A stretch of 64,000 nt of DNA, taken from contig JADFXT010000003.1 in assembly GCA_015233405.1 (NCBI GenBank), forward strand, positions 118,591 through 182,590. The letters run 5' to 3'. This document shows, piece after piece, positions 57,713-64,000 of this stretch (positions within the stretch are counted from its first letter, which is position 1; every line of letters starts with the position of its first letter). The stretch comes from Candidatus Omnitrophota bacterium (lineage in GTDB: Bacteria > Omnitrophota > Gorgyraeia > Zapsychrales > Zapsychraceae). Both the position numbers and the translations under genes were made by a program. The notes under the pieces were generated by a model. The model searched no databases. It saw nothing but the letters and a program-made list of their open reading frames with translations, and was not told the origin of the DNA.

Positions 57713-58543
57713 CTAATTCTTACTTAGCTTAATAAATTCATCCAATGACAAATAATCTTTATCCGGGAATAAAACTCGTGCCGATTCTTTCATAAAGCCC
57801 TTTTCATTTGAAACAATGCCATCAACGTCATTTAAATATACGAGATGCTCAATATCATCTTGTGAATTATTATCTAACTTCTGCTTCGTTACCGCAGCAT
57901 TCCATATAACAAACAATTCTCCTTCAACAAACTTATTGAAATGCGAGCAGCGATCTTTATGCTGTTGCCAATATTCAATAATGACCTCTTTAGAATCATG
58001 GGAGTTAATGCTTTTTTTAATTTTATAAATAGCTGTTGTTTCAAAAACACTATTAAAATACTCTTTAAATGAAGGATTACATTTTGAACCAAACATATCA
58101 CGAATTTCGCATAGCACTTTCCTATTTTGATCCTTCCTAGCTTCCCAGTTTTCAATATATTGTTGAATTTCTTTTTTCCCGTTATCTTCAATCTCATTTC
58201 CTTGAACCAGATTTTGAATACCCTCCCGTAAATAGGCATATGGAGAAAATAAATACTCGCTGGGACATTTCCCTTTCAACTCCATCGCATAAATTCCTTC
58301 AGAACCGCTTATCTCATTAAATATTCTCTGCCACTTGAAACCAAGAAGATATTTGATACAAGTTTTTAACTCTTCAGGCATTTTACCCCTGGAAGCAAAA
58401 TGAAAACACTCTTTCAATAAAGGCGGTGTAACATAAAATGACAACTTACCGCTCAAACATGCCCTTTCCAATCCAGCGGCTTTTAACTCATCTATTGACT
58501 TTTCATCGATTACACTAGAATCAAGAATAAACTTATAGCTCAT
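57713..58543 (-). CDS. Hypothetical protein (weak PIN-like termini)
   Basis: The 276-aa ORF is AT-rich. The N-terminus FILDSSVI and C-terminal DDIEHLVYLNDVDGIVSNEKGF loosely resemble the acidic-residue placement of PIN domains. ATGA overlap with the upstream gene. Confidence 0.5.
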   Translation of the reverse strand: MSYKFILDSSVIDEKSIDELKAAGLERACLSGKLSFYVTPPLLKECFHFASRGKMPEELKTCIKYLLGFKWQRIFNEISGSEGIYAMELKGKCPSEYLFSPYAYLREGIQNLVQGNEIEDNGKKEIQQYIENWEARKDQNRKVLCEIRDMFGSKCNPSFKEYFNSVFETTAIYKIKKSINSHDSKEVIIEYWQQHKDRCSHFNKFVEGELFVIWNAAVTKQKLDNNSQDDIEHLVYLNDVDGIVSNEKGFMKESARVLFPDKDYLSLDEFIKLSKN

Positions 58544-59112
58544 TTTTTCTTAGTTGTATAAATTCCCATCAACTTTTCCCCACTATCAAGATGAGCGTTC
58601 CACACGCCCTTTTTCCCATCCATCTCATATTCACCAATCAAAGTGGCTGATTTATTATTCCGATCAAGTCGTAAGGTTAATCTTCCGCCACCAATAGAAT
58701 ACCCCATGACACTATAAGGATCTGATTTTTGATAAGCTTCGACTTCATCCTTATCCCATCTACTTATTTGATACACAAATGATTGAACTATTAAATTACC
58801 CGACACAGGGCTTACCTCTGCCCTAGATTCAATGCATACACCGTCGGATTTATTGCAAGAGATATCGACCGTATTTACTGTTGGCGTTCCGTTATAAACA
58901 AACTGCCCGCCAGCATCACCAATCCAACTACCTTTTATTAAAATACTGCTAAGATCCGGATCATCAACAAATTGATACTTCGGCCAAAGAGTAATCGAAA
59001 CCTTTGCATCCTCTTGGCCAATTTGATTGTTAGTTTCAGCATAAATATGACTACCGAAACACAAAATCATGAAAATGACCCAGATTAAAGCTGTTATTTT
59101 TTTATAGAGAAT
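58540..59112 (-). CDS. Secreted hypothetical beta-rich protein, probably initiated at a non-canonical ATT
   Basis: The ORF track starts at ATG 59070, inside a signal peptide. The in-frame extension ILYKKITALIWVIF begins at ATT 59112, which lies 7 nt after a perfect AGGAGG. No ATG, GTG or TTG occurs in the open upstream stretch. Confidence 0.5.
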   Translation of the reverse strand: MLYKKITALIWVIFMILCFGSHIYAETNNQIGQEDAKVSITLWPKYQFVDDPDLSSILIKGSWIGDAGGQFVYNGTPTVNTVDISCNKSDGVCIESRAEVSPVSGNLIVQSFVYQISRWDKDEVEAYQKSDPYSVMGYSIGGGRLTLRLDRNNKSATLIGEYEMDGKKGVWNAHLDSGEKLMGIYTTKKK

Positions 59113-59304
59113 TTTACTTCCTCCTTCCCCAATGACGAAATCTATGAAATTCTGCTGTTGAGGTTATTATTAAAGTATCTAACTTCTCAAAATAATTTAA
59201 GCCAAAAACAGCCCTACAACGGCGCCTCTGAATCCCCGCTTTAGTTCGCCCTTCAATCACCATCCCGATTTGTTGTGGGATCGCCGAGGATCACAGAAGG
59301 ATAG

Positions 59305-61242
59305 TTATTTCCCATCCTCTGCTTTAAAATCAGCGTCGATGATATCGTCTTTCCCCTTACCAGAGCCATGATCTGTATCGGCTTGCGGCCCTGCATCTGG
59401 CCCGGCTTGAGGCTCAGCTTGTGGACCGCCTTGTTCCTGTCCGCCGCCAGCTGCCTGCTGAGACGCGGTTGATTTATAAACTTCCTCGGCGAGCTTATGG
59501 CTGGCCTTCTGCAATTCCTGCATCGCAGGTTCAATCTTGGCCCGGTCTTTGGTCTTGATCGCTTCGCGGAATTTCTCCAACTCTTTTTCCACGTTCGCTT
59601 TCTCGTCGGCGGAAATCTTGTCACCGTAATCCTTGACCGCTTTTTCCGTCGAATACAAAACCGCGTTCGCCTGATTTAATAGCTCAGCTTCTTCTTTACG
59701 CTTTTTATCATCCGCGGCATACTTTTCCGCTTCCTTGACCATTTTATCAATTTCCGCCTCGGACAATTTCGTCGACGCCGTGATCTTGATCGTCTGCTCT
59801 TTGCCGGTGCCTTTGTCCTTGGCCGTGACGTGAACAATTCCGTTGGTGTCGATATCAAACGTGACCTCGATCTGAGGAAGGCCGCGCGGTGCCGGCGGAA
59901 TGCCGACCAAGTCAAAGCGTCCTAATTCCGTATTGTCATTGGCCATCGGTCGTTCACCCTGAAGAACGCGGATGGTGACCGCGGTCTGATTTTCTTCTGC
60001 CGTCGAGAAAACCTGACTTTTCCTGACCGGAATGGTTGTATTTCTTTCAATTAATTTCGTAAAAACCCCACCTAAGGTCTCAATCCCTAAGGTCAAAGGA
60101 GTCACGTCGAGTAAAAGCATTTCCTTGGCTTCACCTTTAATGATGCCCGCCTGAATGGCCGCACCTAACGCTACGCATTCCATCGGGTCAATGCCGCGCT
60201 CGATCTTTTGTCCGACCTCGCGTTCCACAAACTCTTGCACGATCGGCATGCGCGTTGGACCTCCGACGAGAATGACACGGTCAACCTTGACATCGCTTCC
60301 TAATTTTCCAGAAGCATCTTTAAGTGCTTGGACAATAGGCCCACGGCAGCGCTCGATAATCGGAGCAACTAAGCTTTCCAATTTCGCGCGTTCAATTTTT
60401 AAATTCAAATGTTTTGGGCCCGATGCGTCCGCCGTAATAAACGGCAGGTTCACGTCGGTAGAAACCGTGCTGGAGAGTTCCACTTTGGCTTTTTCCGCGG
60501 CTTCGCGAAGACGCTGAAACGCCATTTTGTCATTCTTTAGATCAATGCCGGATTCTTTCTTGAATTCCTGCGTAATATAATCGATAAGGACATTATCCAT
60601 ATCGGTACCGCCTAAAAGATTGTCTCCATGCGTCGAGAGAACTTCAAACGTCGCGGCCTTGTGGTCATTGTCCCAACCCATTTCAAGAATGGTGACGTCG
60701 AGAGTTCCGCCGCCGAAATCAAAGACCATGATCTTTTGTTCTTTGCCGGCCTTGTCCAATCCATAAGCCAAACAGGCAGCCGTCGGTTCGTTGATAATGC
60801 GAAGCACCTTAAGACCTGCAATTTCCCCTGCGTCTTTGGTGGCTTGACGCTGGTTGTCATTAAAATAAGCCGGCACCGTAATGACCGCCTCGTCAATGGT
60901 GTCGCCTAAAAATTTCTCCGCGTCCGCCTTGATCTTCTGTAAAATAAAAGAACTGATCTGTTGGGGCGTAAATTCTTTATCAAAAACTTTAAATTTTTCG
61001 TTGGTGCCCATTTTTCTCTTGGCTGCATACACCGTGCCTTCCGAATTAACCGGCGCCTGACGACGAGCAGGTTCGCCCACGAGCCTTTGTCCGTCCTTGG
61101 TAAACGCCACGAACGACGGGAATGCCTTTCCCGATGCCACTCCCGCGCCTTCGGCGGAAGGAATAATGACGGGTCGGCCGCCTTCCATCACGGCAGCAGC
61201 TGAGTTTGAAGTTCCTAAGTCGATTCCGATTGCTTTAGCCAT
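59305..61242 (-). CDS. dnaK: Chaperone DnaK (Hsp70)
   Basis: [30 protein letters not shown], 645 aa. Confidence 0.97.
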   Translation of the reverse strand: MAKAIGIDLGTSNSAAAVMEGGRPVIIPSAEGAGVASGKAFPSFVAFTKDGQRLVGEPARRQAPVNSEGTVYAAKRKMGTNEKFKVFDKEFTPQQISSFILQKIKADAEKFLGDTIDEAVITVPAYFNDNQRQATKDAGEIAGLKVLRIINEPTAACLAYGLDKAGKEQKIMVFDFGGGTLDVTILEMGWDNDHKAATFEVLSTHGDNLLGGTDMDNVLIDYITQEFKKESGIDLKNDKMAFQRLREAAEKAKVELSSTVSTDVNLPFITADASGPKHLNLKIERAKLESLVAPIIERCRGPIVQALKDASGKLGSDVKVDRVILVGGPTRMPIVQEFVEREVGQKIERGIDPMECVALGAAIQAGIIKGEAKEMLLLDVTPLTLGIETLGGVFTKLIERNTTIPVRKSQVFSTAEENQTAVTIRVLQGERPMANDNTELGRFDLVGIPPAPRGLPQIEVTFDIDTNGIVHVTAKDKGTGKEQTIKITASTKLSEAEIDKMVKEAEKYAADDKKRKEEAELLNQANAVLYSTEKAVKDYGDKISADEKANVEKELEKFREAIKTKDRAKIEPAMQELQKASHKLAEEVYKSTASQQAAGGGQEQGGPQAEPQAGPDAGPQADTDHGSGKGKDDIIDADFKAEDGK

Positions 61243-61296
61243 ATCATGCCTCCTACATTTGAGAAATCGCCTTTCAAAGCGATCCTGTGAATTTTG

Positions 61297-61875
61297 TTAT
61301 TTTAAATTTTCTTCCTTGGTTTCTTGAGGAATTTGTACCTCGACGGGTTTCTTGGCCAATTTCACTTTGGCTGTCCGAACCACGCGGTCGTGATAATAAT
61401 ATCCTTTTTGAAATTCTTCCAATACGGTTCCTTCCGGTTCTTTCGCGGACTCTTCTTGAAGCAAAGGCTCATGGCAATGAGGATCAAACATCTTGCCTTT
61501 AGCGTCCATCGGTTTAACACCACTTTTTTTGAGCATATCATGAAGCCGGCTCATGACCAGCTCAATCCCTTTTAAGAACGATTCATAATCCTCGTGCTTC
61601 TCTTCGGCCGCCTTAACGGTCCGCTCCAGGTCGTCGAGAATATCCAAAAATTGGGCAATCAATCCTTCATTGGCGTACTTAATAAATTCCTGGCGTTCAC
61701 GCTCCATGCGTTTACGCGCATTATCGAATTCCGCGCACAACCGGACATATTTATCCTTATAGTCCGCAATCTCGGCCAAGAGGTTTTTGCGCTCTAAATC
61801 TTCCAAAACCTCTTCATCAGACAGAGGCTCAAGTTCAGGCGTTTCAGGATTATCTTTAAATTCTTCGTCGGCCAT
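61297..61875 (-). CDS. grpE: Nucleotide exchange factor GrpE
   Basis: Acidic N-terminus, coiled coil, GrpE core (FDPHCHEPL...RTAKV). Confidence 0.9.
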   Translation of the reverse strand: MADEEFKDNPETPELEPLSDEEVLEDLERKNLLAEIADYKDKYVRLCAEFDNARKRMERERQEFIKYANEGLIAQFLDILDDLERTVKAAEEKHEDYESFLKGIELVMSRLHDMLKKSGVKPMDAKGKMFDPHCHEPLLQEESAKEPEGTVLEEFQKGYYYHDRVVRTAKVKLAKKPVEVQIPQETKEENLK

Positions 61876-61883
61876 ATTTTTCC

Positions 61884-62621
61884 TTAAAAAACTTTTTCTA
61901 AAAGTTCCGAGAAATACTCTAATGTGGAAACAACACGTTCATAGTTCATGCGTGTGGGCCCTAAAATAGCAATGCGGCCACTCGGCCCGTGCTTGGTATG
62001 ATACTGCGACACCACCAAAGAACAGCTGCGGATCTCTTTAAAAGGCAGCTCCTTCCCGATAAAAATCTCTATGCGCTGCGCAAGTTCTTTATTGATGATC
62101 TCCAGCAGATGTTTTTTTTCATCCAACGCTCTTAGAATATTTCTAATATTATTAATATCTTGATATTCCGAATACCCAACCACAAAACTTGTCCCCTGGC
62201 AAAAAACTTTGTTTCCCCATCCATCAACCGAAACAATGCTCGTATAATGCGTCATGTCCGATAAAACGCGCGACGTTTTTTCCAAAAGGGATTCCAGCTC
62301 AAGCTTTTCCTGTTCATACGCCGATTTAATGCGGACTTTTTCTTCTTCCAAAAGCTGAATTTCCGTTAAAAAATGGTCGACATAATAACGGTACCCTTCC
62401 TGCGTCGGGATCCTTCCCGCGGAAGTATGCGGATGGGTCAGAAATCCCTCTTCCTCAAGCTCAGAAAGAACGTTACGGATCGTGGCCGAGCTTAAATCCA
62501 AGTGGAATTCTTCGACGATAGATTTAGAACTCACCGGCGCCATGGTTCGGATATATTGACCAATGGTCAAGCGCAAGATGTCTTCTTTACGTTCTTTTGA
62601 ATTTGTTTGACGCGGAGTCAT
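61884..62621 (-). CDS. hrcA: Heat-inducible repressor HrcA (compact, 245 aa)
   Basis: wHTH N-terminus (SSATIRNVLSELEEEGFLTHPHTSAGRIPT..GYRYYVDH) and C-terminal ILGPTRMNYERVVS. The middle region is about 100 aa shorter than B. subtilis HrcA as I remember it. Confidence 0.85.
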   Translation of the reverse strand: MTPRQTNSKERKEDILRLTIGQYIRTMAPVSSKSIVEEFHLDLSSATIRNVLSELEEEGFLTHPHTSAGRIPTQEGYRYYVDHFLTEIQLLEEEKVRIKSAYEQEKLELESLLEKTSRVLSDMTHYTSIVSVDGWGNKVFCQGTSFVVGYSEYQDINNIRNILRALDEKKHLLEIINKELAQRIEIFIGKELPFKEIRSCSLVVSQYHTKHGPSGRIAILGPTRMNYERVVSTLEYFSELLEKVF

Positions 62622-62641
62622 AATGATCTCACTTTTTTATA

Positions 62642-62668
62642 TTAGCACTCTAGTGACATGAATGCTAA
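62642..62668. promoter_or_regulatory. CIRCE operator
   Basis: TTAGCACTC-TAGTGACAT-GAATGCTAA has one mismatch to TTAGCACTC-N9-GAGTGCTAA. It lies 20 nt upstream of the hrcA ATG. Confidence 0.9.
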
Positions 62669-62674
62669 CAGTGA

Positions 62675-62702
62675 ATTATAACAAAAGATTTTCTCTTGTC
62701 AA
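62675..62702 (-). promoter_or_regulatory. Consensus sigma70 promoter of the hrcA-grpE-dnaK operon
   Basis: The minus strand reads TTGACA-N16-TATAAT with TGT 5' of the -10. CIRCE begins about 6 nt downstream of the -10. Confidence 0.75.
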
Positions 62703-62731
62703 CAGGCAAATTTCTTGAGAATTCAAAGCAG

Positions 62732-63406
62732 TTATAGCAGTGATTTGATTTTACGGGCAAGCAGCAAAAGCTGGTCTGCGTAATTCTCTAGCGAATGGAT
62801 ATCCCTCTTAAAGACGAGAAGATTGGGATGGCCGGACTTTAACGGAGAAAATTCCAGAATAATCGTACCGGTTAAAACCTTTAAGGAAAGGAACGTAAAT
62901 CCTTGTGCATTGGTATTTTTAAAAGAATCCAAGACGCGGACCACTTTTCTATCGTCAAAAAGCTTATTAACCAAGGCAGGCTTATTGGTGTAAATTTCCA
63001 AATCTCTTAAACTGGGCGGGACATGCAAGGATTCTGCGTAAGGCATGCTGGCCTGCGAATTTTTTACGGCCCCCGGCATCGACGATTGCGTCATCACGCT
63101 TCTTTGCTTCTTCTCCGTGGACTGGATCGTCAACGGTACTTGCGTTTCGATCTTTAGAAAAGCCTTTTCCACCTCCTGCTCTAATCCTTTGATCAGAAAA
63201 TATTCAAAAAGAAATTCTTCGCCTTCAAAAGAAAAACGGATCCTCTGCGCATTTTCTTCGCCGAGAATCGGCTCCGATTTGCCCTCAGTCAATTTCTCAA
63301 CACGTTTCATGAATTCCAGAGAAGTCTCTGGTTTCTGCGAATGGCTGTTGATCCAAATGATAGCGACAAGAAAAACAATGCTGATAATAACGGAGAAGAT
63401 GATCAT
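62732..63406 (-). CDS. Hypothetical membrane-anchored protein
   Basis: N-terminal TM (IIFSVIISIVFLVAIIW). No family recognised. Confidence 0.5.
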   Translation of the reverse strand: MIIFSVIISIVFLVAIIWINSHSQKPETSLEFMKRVEKLTEGKSEPILGEENAQRIRFSFEGEEFLFEYFLIKGLEQEVEKAFLKIETQVPLTIQSTEKKQRSVMTQSSMPGAVKNSQASMPYAESLHVPPSLRDLEIYTNKPALVNKLFDDRKVVRVLDSFKNTNAQGFTFLSLKVLTGTIILEFSPLKSGHPNLLVFKRDIHSLENYADQLLLLARKIKSLL

Positions 63407-63412
63407 ATATTC

Positions 63413-64000
63413 TCAATCACTAAAATCCTGGTTCCCATACTTATCATAATTTTTACTGACGATCTTTGCGCCATTTTTAAAAACCTTTTCATTTTGCACA
63501 ATCCCATCGGGATAAAATGTGCGAAAAACGCCGTGGCGCTTATCGTCGACAAACTGGCCGACGGCTTTGAGAGTCCCATCTTTATAGAATTCCTCATACA
63601 AGCCTTGTCTTTTGCCGTCTTTTATAATCACTTCGCTCATGAGTTCCCCGGTGTCATAAAATTCTTTGGCAATTCCATCCTGGACTTTATCGCCGGAGAC
63701 AATCGCCTCCCGATGAAACATGGTCTCGGGGTCATATTCCAGCATCACGCCATGCGGCATGCCGTTTGACGCTTCAAAAGTCCTCACGAGTTTGCCTTTA
63801 AGATTGAACTCCCGGATAATTCCCTGCTGAATACCATCTTTAAACGTTCCGGTTCTTATCACATAACCTTCTGGAGCATATTCCTTGGCCGGCCCATTTT
63901 CCAAACCATGAAGATACCTGCGCTCGAACTTGGGTTTCCCGTCGCTATAATATTCTTTCATGAGCCCTTCCAGAACCCCGAACTCATAATAACATTCCAT
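63413..64000 (-). CDS. MORN-variant repeat protein (YwqK-like), C-terminal part; 5' end beyond the window
   Basis: Repeated YxxGxxxGxxxEY/F units (e.g. EYYSDGKPKFERRYLHGLENGPAKEY, EFYKDGTLKAVGQFVDDKRHGVFRTFY). Confidence 0.7.
   Translation of the reverse strand: MECYYEFGVLEGLMKEYYSDGKPKFERRYLHGLENGPAKEYAPEGYVIRTGTFKDGIQQGIIREFNLKGKLVRTFEASNGMPHGVMLEYDPETMFHREAIVSGDKVQDGIAKEFYDTGELMSEVIIKDGKRQGLYEEFYKDGTLKAVGQFVDDKRHGVFRTFYPDGIVQNEKVFKNGAKIVSKNYDKYGNQDFSD

Noticed and set aside
59113-59304. Looked for an intrinsic terminator or tRNA after dnaK
   Set aside because: Only weak 5-bp stems are present (ATCCC..GGGAT), and none is followed by a convincing U-tract. No cloverleaf can be drawn.

Overview
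All 58 coding regions I can support in this 64 kb window lie on the minus strand. They are tightly packed, and many neighbours share 4-nt ATGA start/stop overlaps. The envelope genes (LptD, GT9 heptosyltransferases, Wza/Wzc) indicate a didermic bacterium, probably from an uncultivated lineage, though that is a guess. I found no rRNA, tRNA, CRISPR array, transposase or integrase.

Gene content in coordinate order:
- 1-8.5 kb: a Wzx/Wzy-type exopolysaccharide locus. It holds a flippase fragment, two epimerases, an O-antigen-ligase-like protein, a Wzc tyrosine kinase, a short Wza-like OPX protein, an outer-membrane beta-barrel and a secreted protein.
- 8.7-10.5 kb: fmt, ppnP and a cupin.
- 10.5-17 kb: kdpABC with a kdpD that lacks its kinase half. 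The operon sits behind a c-di-AMP (ydaO-class) riboswitch with an intrinsic terminator and a near-consensus promoter.
- 17.1-19 kb: a PriA homolog in which every helicase/ATPase motif is degenerate.
- 19-48.8 kb: a roughly 29 kb glycan/LPS super-cluster. It includes GmhB, HddA-like and HddC-like genes, ManC, two GT9, several GT2/GT4, two DegT-family enzymes (one of ColD type with Lys replaced by His), a B12-radical-SAM enzyme, an Fcl-like SDR, an orphan TPP E1 alpha/beta pair, UXS, two NDP-sugar dehydrogenases, two paralogous large polytopic membrane proteins, LptD and a ROK kinase.
- 49.2-55.3 kb: two tandem GGDEF cyclases, an orphan sugar-type ABC ATPase, accD, a DUF1015 protein and an FmdB zinc ribbon.
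- 55.4-62.7 kb: a CIRCE-controlled hrcA-grpE-dnaK...dnaJ heat-shock locus. Five inserted genes split dnaK from dnaJ: an AT-rich two-gene cassette and a Bro-N / zeta-like ATPase / 50-aa three-gene module.
- 62.7-64 kb: a membrane-anchored hypothetical and a partial MORN/YwqK-like repeat protein.

The intergenic spacers carry at least two families of palindromic hairpin repeats.

The most interesting candidates are:
- the unusual nucleotide-sugar tailoring gene set at 31.5-42 kb;
- the apparently ATPase-dead PriA;
- the islands inside the dnaK-dnaJ operon;
- the riboswitch-only regulatory layout of kdp.
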